Below are positions 31,388 to 41,665 of a stretch of DNA of 44,221 nucleotides, piece after piece. Within the stretch, counting starts at the first letter, position 1, and each line of letters starts with the position of its first letter. The stretch comes from Pseudomonadota bacterium (lineage in GTDB: Bacteria > Pseudomonadota > Gammaproteobacteria > Burkholderiales > Sulfuriferulaceae): the NCBI GenBank assembly GCA_021782795.1, contig JAJXUP010000001.1:1-44221 (forward strand), written 5' to 3'. The translations under genes were made by a program, and so were the position numbers. The notes under the pieces are model-generated. The model saw nothing but the letters and a program-made list of their open reading frames with translations, searched no databases and was not told where the DNA came from.

Positions 31388-33877
31388 ATGATGGTGGTGC
31401 GCTCCGGTCCGGGCATGCAACCCGGCGACGAATGGTTGCGCAGCCTGGCCGAGATCCCGGGCGGTCCGGTGATCCTGCTGCACGACATGAATGATGCCGG
31501 ACGTATTGTGTATGCCAACGAAGCGGCTTGCCGGCATTTCGGCGTGGATCGTTCGACGCTGCTGGGCTGGCGACCACAGGACTACGATCCGTCGTCATCG
31601 GCGGCCGAAGTCGGCGCAGCGGACGGCCAGGCGGTTCGTGCAGGCGGGCACCGTTTTGAAACCCTGCACCGTCGCGCCAACGGTGAACTGGTGCCGGTGG
31701 AGGTGCTGCTGGCACATGTAGACGGTGCGCAGGGTACATGGCTGGTCAGCATGGTATTCGATATCAGCGAGCGCAAGCAGACAGCCGAGCGGTTGCAGCA
31801 GGCACGGTTGGAGCAGGTGCGGCTTGAATCGGATGCGCGGTGTCAGCAACTGTTCGCCAATTTCGATGACAGTATCCTGTTCATTGACGTCGAGGCAGAC
31901 TGGCAGATGCGCGTGGCGGCCATCAATCCTGCGGCAGAACGCGGTTTTGGCCTGCGCAGCGAAGCCGTCGCTGGGTGTCCGGTGCAGGAAGCGCTGTCGC
32001 CAGCGCTTTCGGGGTTTTTGCTGGGGCTGGATCGCCGTCGCCTTGAGCGCGCGCACACGCTGCAGGAAGAGGTCTGGTTACGCGAAGCAGGTCGTGAGCG
32101 CTGTTTTTCTGCCAGCATGATTCCGTTGAGTGGCAGTCAGGGCAGTGCATGGCGCATTGCCGTGATATTGCGCGACATCACCCGCGCCAAGGCGATGGAG
32201 CGCTCGCTGGCGGCGCGTGAGCGCGAATACCGCGTGCTGGTGGAAAACAACCCGGATCATATCGCACGTTACGATCAGCAGTGTCGCCGCATCTATGTGA
32301 ATGCGGCGCTGGGCGAGAAAGCCGCGGGTGGCACCAGCGTCATGCTGGGCATGCGTCCGTGCGAGTTTCCCGGCGGCGCGAATGCCGAGCGTTTCGAACA
32401 GACGATCCGCTCGGTGTTTGCCGACGGGGCTGACCGTGAAATCGAATTCACCTGGCCGGCACATGACGGCGAAGAGGCGTGCAGCCTGGTACGCTTGACT
32501 GCGGAGCGCAATGGATCGGGTGAAATCGTCAGCGTGCTTGGGGTGGGACGCGATATCACCGAACTGAATGTTCAGCGCCAGCGCATCCATCAGATGGCCT
32601 ATTATGATTCGCTCACCGGGTTGCCCAACCGGGTGCTGTTTGCCGAGCGGTTGCAGCATGCGCTGGAACAGGCTGCTGCACACGATTACCGGGTTGCGCT
32701 GATGATTCTCGATGTGGACCGGTTCAAGTCGGTCAACGACAGTCTGGGCCATCCGGCTGGCGATGCGCTGTTGCGCGCCGTGGCGCAGCGATTGCTGCGG
32801 ATGGCGCGAGCCAGCGATGTGGTGGCGCGGCTGGGTGGCGACGAGTTCGCCATTCTGCAGTTCTGGCTCGAAGCGGACGATGATCCTGCCGTGAGTGCCG
32901 GGGAGTTGCTGCACGCCTTTCAGGAGTCGGTCGTGATCGGCGACCGGGAGATGGTGGCATCCGTCAGTATTGGCGTGACTGTATATCCACAGGACAGCAA
33001 CAATGCCGATGACCTGCTCAAGTTTGCCGATGCCGCGATGTATCATGCCAAGCGCTCCGGGCGTAACAGCTTCAGTTTCTATGCGCGCAAGTTGACAGAA
33101 ACCGCTCGCGACGAATGGCTGCTCGAAGCCGATCTGCGCAAGGCCGTCAGTCGTGGCGAACTGGAACTGTATTTTCAGCCCAAGCTGAGGCTGGCTGACG
33201 GCGCACTCATGGGGTCTGAGGCACTGTTGCGCTGGAATCATCCGGAACGCGGCCTGCTTCCACCCGGTTACTTCATACCACTGGCCGAGGAGACCGGACT
33301 GATTTTCGAGGTGGGCGAATGGGTGCTGCATCAGGCCTGCCGCGTCGCGCGGGAATGGAACGCAGCCTCGCCCGGCGGGCATCGCATGGCAATCAACCTG
33401 TCGGCGCGCCAGTTTCAGTTGCCCGACCTGGTCGACAGGTTGCGGCGCATTCTGGAAAATACGGGTTGCGAACCGGAATGGATCGAACTGGAAATCACCG
33501 AAAGCCTGTTGCTCGACGAAACCAGTAATGTGCTGCAGGCGCTGCTGACGTTTCGCGACATGGGGATTGGCATCGCCATCGATGATTTCGGCACGGGGTA
33601 CTCGGCGCTGAATTATCTGGCGCGTTATCCGATCACGACGCTGAAGATCGACCGTTCGTTCATCAGCCAGATGTGCGAGCAGGCATCGCATGCGGAACTG
33701 GTCAAGGCCATGCTGTCGATCGCTCGCTGCCTTGGCCAGGTGGTCGTGGCCGAAGGCGTGGAGACTGTCGAACAGGCTGAATTTCTCAAGTCGCACGGGT
33801 GCGACATGGCGCAAGGCTATCTGTATGGCCGACCGATGCCGCGCACCGATTTTGAACAGACAGGACTACTGCAGTGA
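31388..33877 (+). CDS. PAS(x3)-GGDEF-EAL diguanylate cyclase/phosphodiesterase
   Basis: Three PAS/PAC domains; DSLTGLPNR, DVDRFKSVNDSLGH, RASD...ARLGGDEF; EALLRW, ELEITES, DDFGTGYS, LKIDRSF, AEGVE, QGY. Confidence 0.94.
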   Translation: MMVVRSGPGMQPGDEWLRSLAEIPGGPVILLHDMNDAGRIVYANEAACRHFGVDRSTLLGWRPQDYDPSSSAAEVGAADGQAVRAGGHRFETLHRRANGELVPVEVLLAHVDGAQGTWLVSMVFDISERKQTAERLQQARLEQVRLESDARCQQLFANFDDSILFIDVEADWQMRVAAINPAAERGFGLRSEAVAGCPVQEALSPALSGFLLGLDRRRLERAHTLQEEVWLREAGRERCFSASMIPLSGSQGSAWRIAVILRDITRAKAMERSLAAREREYRVLVENNPDHIARYDQQCRRIYVNAALGEKAAGGTSVMLGMRPCEFPGGANAERFEQTIRSVFADGADREIEFTWPAHDGEEACSLVRLTAERNGSGEIVSVLGVGRDITELNVQRQRIHQMAYYDSLTGLPNRVLFAERLQHALEQAAAHDYRVALMILDVDRFKSVNDSLGHPAGDALLRAVAQRLLRMARASDVVARLGGDEFAILQFWLEADDDPAVSAGELLHAFQESVVIGDREMVASVSIGVTVYPQDSNNADDLLKFADAAMYHAKRSGRNSFSFYARKLTETARDEWLLEADLRKAVSRGELELYFQPKLRLADGALMGSEALLRWNHPERGLLPPGYFIPLAEETGLIFEVGEWVLHQACRVAREWNAASPGGHRMAINLSARQFQLPDLVDRLRRILENTGCEPEWIELEITESLLLDETSNVLQALLTFRDMGIGIAIDDFGTGYSALNYLARYPITTLKIDRSFISQMCEQASHAELVKAMLSIARCLGQVVVAEGVETVEQAEFLKSHGCDMAQGYLYGRPMPRTDFEQTGLLQ

Positions 33878-34704
33878 TGGGGCAGCCAGCAATGAATGGA
33901 TTGACGCTCAGTGACAGCGAATTTTCCCAGTTCCAGTCCATGATTCGCCAGGTGGCCGGCATCAGCATGGCCGACAGCAAGAAGCCACTGGTAAGTGGGC
34001 GGCTGGCCAGGCGTGTGCGCGAACATGGTCTGGGCAGCTATGGTGAATATTTTCGTCTGGTGATGCAGGGCGGTGAAGAATTCCAGACGGCAGTCGATCT
34101 GCTGACCACCAATGAAACCTTTTTCTTTCGTGAAGCGCGACATTTTGATTTCCTGCGTGATCGCATTCTGACGGCGCATGACGGCAAATCTCCGTTTCGT
34201 GTCTGGAGCGCGGCCAGTTCGTCCGGCGAAGAAGTGTGGAGCCTGGCCATGCTGCTGCAGGATCAGCTCGGCGACAGTGCCTGGGAGGTGCTCGGTTCGG
34301 ACATCAGTGTACGCATGCTGCAAACCGCGACACGCGCCATCTATCCGCTGGAACGCGCGCGCGACCTGCCGCAAGCCTATCGGTCGCGCTTCTGTCTCAA
34401 GGGTGTGGGCGAGTATGATGGCAAGCTCATGGTGGCCAAACCGTTGCATTCGCGTGTGCAGTTCCGTCAGGTGAACCTGATTGGTGCGTTGCCGGCTCTC
34501 GGAGCTTTCGACGTGATTTTTCTGCGCAATGTCATGATCTATTTCGATCTTGAAACCAAACGCAATGTGGTGGAACGGTTGTATCCATTGCTGCGGCCAG
34601 GTGGTCATTTCATCATCAGCCATTCGGAAAGCCTCAATGGCGTGAGCGAGCGTTTCGACCTCGTTGCGCCGTCCATTTACAGGAAACCCGATGCCAGCGT
34701 CTGA
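33874..34704 (+). CDS. cheR: Chemotaxis methyltransferase CheR
   Basis: LTTNETFFFRE, RVWSAASSSGEE, GSDIS, FDVIFLRNVMIYF, HSESL. Confidence 0.96.
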   Translation: MMGQPAMNGLTLSDSEFSQFQSMIRQVAGISMADSKKPLVSGRLARRVREHGLGSYGEYFRLVMQGGEEFQTAVDLLTTNETFFFREARHFDFLRDRILTAHDGKSPFRVWSAASSSGEEVWSLAMLLQDQLGDSAWEVLGSDISVRMLQTATRAIYPLERARDLPQAYRSRFCLKGVGEYDGKLMVAKPLHSRVQFRQVNLIGALPALGAFDVIFLRNVMIYFDLETKRNVVERLYPLLRPGGHFIISHSESLNGVSERFDLVAPSIYRKPDASV

Positions 34705-35251
34705 ATCCCGACTCGCGGAGATTTTCCTCCAGCCTGGGGATGTTCATTTTGGTGACACCAACACCCGCATCTGGACGGTGCTGGGTTCGTGCGTCTCGCT
34801 GACCTTCTGGAACGCACGACGCAGGATGGGGGGGATGTGCCACTACATGCTGCCGTCACGTGCCGAGGAGCGCAGTACAGTCGGGCGGGGCACGGCGGAG
34901 CGTGACGGCCGCTATGGCGACGAGGCCGTGCGGCTGCTGCTGGGCAAAATGACTGCTGCGGGAATCGACCCGCGTGACTGCGAAATCAAGCTGTTCGGTG
35001 GCGGTAACATGTTTCCGGCGCAAGCGGCGCGGAGCGAGATTCATGTGGGTGCGCGCAATGTTGCGCGGGCGCACGAGTTGCTGCAGGCACACGGGCTGGA
35101 ATGCGTCGCACAGCATACCGGCGGCGTTGGTCACCGCAAGATTGCTTTCGATGTGTGGAGTGGCCAGGTCTGGGTCAGGCATGTGGAGTCGGAATCGGGT
35201 GGCTGTGCCCAGCAGGAGATGGAGCAACGGATGTGCGACCGATTCGCGTAA
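34691..35251 (+). CDS. cheD: Chemoreceptor glutamine deamidase CheD
   Basis: [35 protein letters not shown]. Confidence 0.93.
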   Translation: MPASESRLAEIFLQPGDVHFGDTNTRIWTVLGSCVSLTFWNARRRMGGMCHYMLPSRAEERSTVGRGTAERDGRYGDEAVRLLLGKMTAAGIDPRDCEIKLFGGGNMFPAQAARSEIHVGARNVARAHELLQAHGLECVAQHTGGVGHRKIAFDVWSGQVWVRHVESESGGCAQQEMEQRMCDRFA

Positions 35252-36315
35252 TGATTGTCGATGACTCGGCGCTCATGCGCCAGATGTTGTCAGCTGTGCT
35301 GGCCGCTGATCCGGGGATCGAGGTGTGTGGTACCGCAGCCGACCCTGTGTTTGCGCGTGGCAAGCTCGATGCGCTGCGACCGGATGTGATGGTGCTTGAT
35401 GTGGAAATGCCGCGCATGGACGGCATTACCTTCCTGCGCCAGCTCATGGCCGAACGGCCGATGCCGGTGGTGATCTGCTCGACATTGACGGGAGCGGGAA
35501 CGGAAACCTCGATGCAGGCGCTGGCTGCCGGCGCGGTCAGCATCGTGACCAAACCCAGGCTCGGGTTGCGGGAATTTTTGCGCGATGCATCGGAAGACCT
35601 GATTCAGACGGTCAAGGCTGCGGCCAGCGCCAATGTGCACCGGTTGCTCGCCAGCGTGGCGCCGGCTCCGGTGGCACCGAAGCTGTCCGCGGATGCGGTG
35701 CTGCCGTCGACCAGTGGGGCGATGGTGCACACCACTGACCGGATTGTGGCGATCGGCACCTCGACCGGCGGCACACTGGCGCTCGAAGCCGTGCTTACGG
35801 CATTGCCGGCGAACTGTCCGGGCATCATCATCGTGCAGCACATGCCGGAAAAATTTACCGGCGCATTTGCGCACCGGCTGGATGGTCTGTGCCGCATCAG
35901 CGTGCGCGAAGCGTCCAACGGCGAGCGTGTGCTGCCCGGCCAGGCGCTGATTGCGCCGGGCGGTCGACATATGCTGCTCAAGCGCAGCGGTGCGCAGTAC
36001 CATGTCGAGGTGATCGACGGACCACTGGTCAATCGGCACCGGCCGTCGGTGGATGTGCTGTTCCGTTCGGTGGCAGGGTGCGCTGGCCGGAATGCGCTCG
36101 GCATCATCATGACCGGCATGGGAGATGACGGAGCACGCGGGCTGAAAGAAATGCGAACCGCTGGTGCCTGTACCATCGCGCAGGATGAAGCCACCTGTGT
36201 GGTATACGGCATGCCAAAGGAAGCGGTGAAGCTGGGCGCGGTCGAACGCTCGCTGTCACTGGGAGAACTGCCGGCCGCGATTCTCGCGGCCGGCAGAGTG
36301 GCGCATGGCGCTTAG
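35233..36315 (+). CDS. cheB: Chemotaxis methylesterase CheB (REC + methylesterase)
   Basis: [56 protein letters not shown]. Start taken at GTG 35233. Confidence 0.96.
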   Translation: MRPIRVMIVDDSALMRQMLSAVLAADPGIEVCGTAADPVFARGKLDALRPDVMVLDVEMPRMDGITFLRQLMAERPMPVVICSTLTGAGTETSMQALAAGAVSIVTKPRLGLREFLRDASEDLIQTVKAAASANVHRLLASVAPAPVAPKLSADAVLPSTSGAMVHTTDRIVAIGTSTGGTLALEAVLTALPANCPGIIIVQHMPEKFTGAFAHRLDGLCRISVREASNGERVLPGQALIAPGGRHMLLKRSGAQYHVEVIDGPLVNRHRPSVDVLFRSVAGCAGRNALGIIMTGMGDDGARGLKEMRTAGACTIAQDEATCVVYGMPKEAVKLGAVERSLSLGELPAAILAAGRVAHGA

Positions 36316-37379
36316 TCCGGCAGCGCCGGGTAATCGGTGTAGCCGGTTTCCGGGTTGTCGAGGCCGTAACCGTACATCGAGTCGGTGCGCAGCGGATTGA
36401 GCGCCAGGCCGTGCAGCAGACGCCGTGGCAGGTCGGGGTTGGCAATGAAATCCTTGCCGAAGGCGACTGCATCCGCACAGCTGGTTTCGATTTCGTGTCT
36501 GGCACTGCCCGCATCGAACGCCTCATTGGCGATGAGCATGCCGCCGAAACGTTTTCTCAGTTCGTTGCTCAGGCGATTCTCGCCCAGCGATTCACGTGTG
36601 AAGATAAAGGCAATCCCGCGCCGGCCGAGTTGTTCGGCGACATGGCTGAACGTGGCGAGCGGGTTGGAGTCGCCCATGTCGTGCGCATCGCAGCGCGGCG
36701 AAAGATGCACGCCAACCCGGCCTGCACCCCATACTGAAATCGCGGCGTCAGTGACTTCGAGCAGCAGTCGGGCACGGTTTTCCAGACTGCCGCCCCAGAT
36801 GTCTTCACGCTGGTTGGTGCTGTCCTGCAGGAACTGGTCGAGCAGATAGCCGTTGGCGCCATGGATCTCCACACCGTCAAACCCGGCTTCGCGGGCATGA
36901 ATCGCTGCCTGGCGATAGGCGGTGATGATGCCGGAGATTTCCTCGGTAGCGAGCGCGCGCGGCGTCACAAATTCGCGTTGCGGACGCAGCAGGCTGACGG
37001 TACCTTTGGCGGCGATGGCACTGGGAGCAACCGGTAGGGCGCCGTCGAGAAAGTACGGATCGGAAATCCTGCCGACATGCCACAGTTGCGCAAAAATCCG
37101 GCCGCCGGCTGCATGCACTTCACGCGTGACCTGTTGCCAGCCAGCCACCTGTGCTTCGTTCCACAGGCCCGGGGTATCAGGGTAGCCCACGCCCATCGGG
37201 CTGACAGACGTGGCTTCGCTGATGATCAGGCCGGCCGAAGCCCGCTGGCGGTAATAGCGTGCCATCAGGGCGGTGGGTACTCTGCCGGCGCCTGCGCGGC
37301 AACGGGTGAGCGGGGCCATGATGATCCGGTTGGGCAAGGAGAGGTCGCCCATTTGAATGGGATCGAATAATGTCGGCAT
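36312..37379 (-). CDS. Old yellow enzyme / alkene reductase (NemA/XenB-like)
   Basis: [57 protein letters not shown]. Confidence 0.94.
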   Translation of the reverse strand: MPTLFDPIQMGDLSLPNRIIMAPLTRCRAGAGRVPTALMARYYRQRASAGLIISEATSVSPMGVGYPDTPGLWNEAQVAGWQQVTREVHAAGGRIFAQLWHVGRISDPYFLDGALPVAPSAIAAKGTVSLLRPQREFVTPRALATEEISGIITAYRQAAIHAREAGFDGVEIHGANGYLLDQFLQDSTNQREDIWGGSLENRARLLLEVTDAAISVWGAGRVGVHLSPRCDAHDMGDSNPLATFSHVAEQLGRRGIAFIFTRESLGENRLSNELRKRFGGMLIANEAFDAGSARHEIETSCADAVAFGKDFIANPDLPRRLLHGLALNPLRTDSMYGYGLDNPETGYTDYPALPD

Positions 37380-37592
37380 GCAATATCCTCGAACGTCATG
37401 TTGTGAAAAACAGCCGCGCTCGTTCCCGGATAAACAGGCGCACGGTTCAGCCCTGTGTAACTTGCGTATACCGGAATGAACGGCTGAAGCAGATATTACC
37501 CGATTTTGCTGTCAATACCATGATGTGGTTGTATTGCTGCGGGGCGCGGCTGGCCGCAGGGCAGCCTGCAGCGACCCTGCTGCGTCGTCAGG

Positions 37593-38804
37593 TCAGAATT
37601 CTGGCAGTGTGGGGTTGCGCTCGGCAGCGATGGCAATGCCCTCGATCTCGATGAGCCACTCAGGCCGGCAGACCGGGCCTTGCACGATGACAATGGGCAG
37701 ATTGGGAAGCCGCTCCGTCAGCCGGGCGCGTACCGCCTGGTGGTCGGAAGGGTCGCGCAGGTAGACCAGCAGGTACATCATGTCGTCGAGCGTTGATCCG
37801 CCGGAGCGCAGCAGCGCATCGACGTTCTCCAGCGCCACATCCAGCTGCTGCAGCACATCGCCGGGGTGGACCACTTCGCCGGCGGTATCGATGCTGGCCG
37901 TACCGGAAATGAAGTGGTGCGAGCGGTCGCGCCAGGCGATGCGGGTACCGCGTTCGAAGGTGACGTTGTAATCTCCGGCCGAGCACAGCCGGTCGAAGTC
38001 GTTGAGCCAGGACATCTGCTCCGGTTGCAGGCCGACGATGGAATAGGCATCCATCATGATCAGGTCGGCACGGTGGCTGCAGGCACCTTCGATACCGGTG
38101 CTGGCGATGTAATGCGTGTCGCGGGTGAGACCATGCTGGTTGAACAGGCGGATGCGGCTTTCCACCATGTCCTTGTAGTACACGTCTACATCCTTGAGGT
38201 AGATCCAGGTGCGCACACAGTGGTCGAGCAGGGTGCCATCCAGACGTGCCAGCGCATCGGTCAGCTGGTCAAAGACCAGCGTGGTCTGCTGGTCGGCCGG
38301 GGTCGGCGGCACGCTGTCGGAACCGGCGCACAGCTGCGTGCTCCACAGGTGTTGCAGGCCATGGCGGTGAAACACGATCTGACCGTCATTCTGGCGCTGG
38401 CGGGGATGTTGTTCGGCGTCTTCCACGTGGTGGGCGAGCAGCGCGATCTTGGCGCCGGACATCGGTGCCTGCTGTACCAGCGAAACCGCCACCGGATACT
38501 GTTCGTTGTGGTCGCCCAGCCGGCTGGCACTTACTGCGGCGGCCTGGTTGAGGATGTCGCTCAGATGGACGCGGCGGAACATTGCACTGGCTTCAGACAG
38601 ACCGAGCGCATGGACCACAGCGGCATAGCGCTGTTCGACGAATTCGAGCTGAGCAGCAAATGGCAGGCCGGCAGGTGCCTCGACCGTGATGTAATGTTCC
38701 GAGTTGGCGTGCGTACCGGCGAAGCTGCGGATGCGCACGTTGTTCGGGTCGGTACCGGGTTTGCGTGAAGTCAACAAGGTATTGGAATCGAGCATGGCAT
38801 TCAT
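37593..38804 (-). CDS. Multi-domain RidA/YjgF-fold protein resembling FkbO/Hyg5/XanB2 chorismatases
   Basis: VRTWIY, Y..MVESR, ASTGIEG, TFERG, ISGTASI, HPGD..QQ...LENV..LL, VYLRD, VCRPEWLIEIEG. Confidence 0.7.
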   Translation of the reverse strand: MNAMLDSNTLLTSRKPGTDPNNVRIRSFAGTHANSEHYITVEAPAGLPFAAQLEFVEQRYAAVVHALGLSEASAMFRRVHLSDILNQAAAVSASRLGDHNEQYPVAVSLVQQAPMSGAKIALLAHHVEDAEQHPRQRQNDGQIVFHRHGLQHLWSTQLCAGSDSVPPTPADQQTTLVFDQLTDALARLDGTLLDHCVRTWIYLKDVDVYYKDMVESRIRLFNQHGLTRDTHYIASTGIEGACSHRADLIMMDAYSIVGLQPEQMSWLNDFDRLCSAGDYNVTFERGTRIAWRDRSHHFISGTASIDTAGEVVHPGDVLQQLDVALENVDALLRSGGSTLDDMMYLLVYLRDPSDHQAVRARLTERLPNLPIVIVQGPVCRPEWLIEIEGIAIAAERNPTLPEF

Positions 38805-39487
38805 TTCGACAGCGTGATCGGTTGGTCAGGAAATGACAGCTGGTTGCGGTCGCGCCAGCTTGGCTTGACGTAATTGATCTCCATCAGGCGGCGTACGCCG
38901 CGAATCGGACGTTTTTCAAAACCGTGCCAGGTATTGTCGCCCGGAACGAAGATGACCGCCGAATTGAATTCGGCTGAACTGCGTCCCACCCAACGCCGCT
39001 GGTTGTCATAGATGTCCGTACCCCATTCGCTGGCTTCCGGCCCGGTACACAGGTAGAGCACCAGGGAGAACATTTTTTCCGGCACATCATGATGGGGTTC
39101 GAGCCAGGCACCGTTGGTGTCCTGGATGTATTCCATGCGCAGATAGCTGCCTTCCACGTCGATATTGCAGGTTTCGCCGAACAGACGGGCAATTTCCGGC
39201 GCTTGCATGGCCTGGGCGAACACCTCGCAGGTGGGAAACATCGCGCGCAGTTCGGGCGTGAAGAAACTGCGCTTGCTGTTGTTGTCGTTGAGGTCGCGCA
39301 CTCCTCCGCACTCATCGATGAGTGGCGGCGCAATGGGCAGGATCAGTACGGCGGTCGCCAGGCTCTCCGGGATCATGTCGGAAAGCAGCCAGTGGCGATA
39401 CGGGAAGTCGTCTGTTGTCGCTGCACGCAGCGCGTTGCCAAAATGCTCGACCACGGCGGAAACTTCGGGAACTCTCGGAAAACTCAT
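38801..39487 (-). CDS. 2OG-Fe(II) dioxygenase-family protein
   Basis: WLEPHHD (HxD), SLVLYL, GTDIYD, TWHGF (distal His), downstream Arg in GVRR..EINYV. Confidence 0.85.
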   Translation of the reverse strand: MSFPRVPEVSAVVEHFGNALRAATTDDFPYRHWLLSDMIPESLATAVLILPIAPPLIDECGGVRDLNDNNSKRSFFTPELRAMFPTCEVFAQAMQAPEIARLFGETCNIDVEGSYLRMEYIQDTNGAWLEPHHDVPEKMFSLVLYLCTGPEASEWGTDIYDNQRRWVGRSSAEFNSAVIFVPGDNTWHGFEKRPIRGVRRLMEINYVKPSWRDRNQLSFPDQPITLSK

Positions 39488-39528
39488 TTCATCCTCGGCA
39501 TGTTGATCGACGGCATGTCACGAAGCGT

Positions 39529-40218
39529 TCAACGCGGCGCCCACTCGATGACCTTGCGCAGTACCGGTACCGATTTGGCGAACGCACTCACGCGGTGGCG
39601 GACGTATTCTTTCTGCACGTACAGGTCGGAATCGACGTAGCACAGTTGCAGACTCATGCGCTGGCCCTTCTGCGGCAGGAAGCCGTGCCAGGAATGGTCG
39701 CAGACGCGGAACATCATCATGCGACCGAATTCGGGCGCAAATTCGAATGCGAAATCCTCGCGGTCGGAACTGCGCATGATGCGCAGACGGCCTTTTTCGT
39801 AGGGCCATTCGCGGGTGAAACCGAGCAGCACGGTAATGATCTTGTGCCTGGAGTCGGTATGCGCATAGCCCTCGTTGTAGTGACCGGTGGTATTGCCCAT
39901 CATGACGATGACGGGGGGGCGGTTGCTCAGGTCGGTGTCGAATTTTTCTTCGACGATGCTGCGAAAACGCACGCTGAGCAGGTCATCGATGGCTTCGCCG
40001 AAGCGGGGGCCGTAGCGCAGGTCGGGCAACCCGTAGCTGCCGCGATCCGGAATCTGCGGCGCATCGGCCAGAACCGCGTTTTTGTGCGATGCGTCGATGG
40101 CGTTTTCCACATAGGAATAATCGTATGGGTCGCGCCGCAGCACGGCGTTGCGGATGCTGGTTTCGTCGAGCAGTTTGAATGGGCCGTTGTCCATGCGCAA
40201 TGCGGTATTGTTCTGCAT
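39529..40218 (-). CDS. 2OG-Fe(II) dioxygenase-family protein
   Basis: AHTDS (HxD), ITVLL, GRLRI, SWHGF, RMS (RxS 2OG-binding motif); AAGGAG RBS. Confidence 0.85.
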   Translation of the reverse strand: MQNNTALRMDNGPFKLLDETSIRNAVLRRDPYDYSYVENAIDASHKNAVLADAPQIPDRGSYGLPDLRYGPRFGEAIDDLLSVRFRSIVEEKFDTDLSNRPPVIVMMGNTTGHYNEGYAHTDSRHKIITVLLGFTREWPYEKGRLRIMRSSDREDFAFEFAPEFGRMMMFRVCDHSWHGFLPQKGQRMSLQLCYVDSDLYVQKEYVRHRVSAFAKSVPVLRKVIEWAPR

Positions 40219-40665
40219 CTTAACTCCTTGAAAACAGGCAGATCTTCTGTTGACCGGTCAAGAGGTGGCGCGCGTTGAACCGGAATGGAGCAAGGTTACC
40301 CAAATTTCGCATGCATGTCATCAAAGGTGATAAAAAGATCGAGTTAATAGTTTACCTTGTTGCCTGAAACCAACAACAGGTTGTCTCGTATTGCAGACGC
40401 ATGTGGCATGGCTTCGACGCACACAAACCCTTACCGGAACCGTTGCGGCCGGGCCAAGCCTGTGTGGAAATCATCAGCGTATTGTCAACATATTGTGGTT
40501 CACTTGATGTATGGACGCTTGTCTGACCGGGGAGGGTATGTTAGTTTTACAGGATCAAAATATCTTCAACTCATTTTCACGCACCGGCGTCCGGCAATGC
40601 TGCATGGGTGACCAGGACCTGACCAGTGCGATACGCAGAAAGCCTGGACAATGTTGCAGAAAAAA

Positions 40666-41661
40666 ATGGAACTGGTGTGCCCGGCGGGTAGCCTGGTAGC
40701 GCTCAAGGCGGCGGTCGACCACGGGGCCGATTGTGTCTATATCGGTTTTCGCGATGGGACGAATGCGCGTAATTTCGGCGGTCTGAATTTCGATCTGGCC
40801 AGCGCGCGCGAGGGTGTGCGTTATGCGCGTTCCGCCGGTGCAAGGGTGCTGCTGGCGCTCAATACCTATCCGCGCGATGGCGGCTGGCAGACTGCCTGCA
40901 ATGCCGTCGATGCTGCTGCAGACCTGGGCGTGAGCGCCATCATTCTCGCCGATGTCGGGCTGCTGGAATACGCCGCCACCCGTCACGAAACGATGCGCAG
41001 ACACCTGTCGGTGCAGGGATCGGCAACCAATTACGAGGCCATCCGTTTCTATCACGAGCAATATGGCATCAGTCGCGCCGTGCTGCCCAGGGTGCTGTCG
41101 CTGGAACAGGTGGCGCACCTGCGGGCGAATGTACCGGTCGAAATCGAAGTGTTCGGCTTTGGCAGCCTGTGCGTCATGGTGGAAGGCCGCTGCGCGCTGT
41201 CGTCCTATGTGACTGGCGAATCACCCAACACCGCCGGGGTATGTTCGCCGGCCAGGGCGGTGCGCTGGGAGAAAACCCCGCTGGGCATGGAATCGCGCCT
41301 CAACGGCGTGCTTATCGATCGCTACGCCGATGACGAGAACGCCGGTTACCCGACGTTGTGCAAGGGGCGTTTCAAGGTGGACGACGAAACGTACTACGCC
41401 ATCGAAGAGCCGACCAGCCTCAATACGCTGGAGCTGTTGCCCGAACTGGCACGCATTGGCGTATCCGCCATCAAGATCGAAGGCCGGCAGCGCAGCCCGG
41501 CGTATGTGGCGCAGGTTACCCGGGTGTGGCGCAATGCGATCGACACCTGCTACCGCGCACCGCAGCAGTTCGTCGTTCAGGGCGCCTGGATGGCGGAACT
41601 GAACAAGGTGGCCGAGGGCCAGCAGCACACCCTGGGCGCATATCACAGACCCTGGAAATGA
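40666..41661 (+). CDS. ubiU: O2-independent ubiquinone biosynthesis protein UbiU (U32 family)
   Basis: [14 protein letters not shown]...[74 protein letters not shown]. Confidence 0.93.
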   Translation: MELVCPAGSLVALKAAVDHGADCVYIGFRDGTNARNFGGLNFDLASAREGVRYARSAGARVLLALNTYPRDGGWQTACNAVDAAADLGVSAIILADVGLLEYAATRHETMRRHLSVQGSATNYEAIRFYHEQYGISRAVLPRVLSLEQVAHLRANVPVEIEVFGFGSLCVMVEGRCALSSYVTGESPNTAGVCSPARAVRWEKTPLGMESRLNGVLIDRYADDENAGYPTLCKGRFKVDDETYYAIEEPTSLNTLELLPELARIGVSAIKIEGRQRSPAYVAQVTRVWRNAIDTCYRAPQQFVVQGAWMAELNKVAEGQQHTLGAYHRPWK

Positions 41662-41665
41662 CACA

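Noticed and set aside
32078-33814. 578-aa minus-strand ORF (likewise 283-1680, 6575-7678, 28982-30148 and similar)
   Set aside because: Antisense shadows of well-supported genes.
37370-37764. Short ORFs between the old yellow enzyme and the chorismatase-like gene
   Set aside because: They overlap real genes on either side and have no coding signature.
40357-40699. ORFs of 84 and 62 aa in the divergent intergenic region
   Set aside because: No clear RBS or motifs, atypical composition, and they occupy the expected promoter space.
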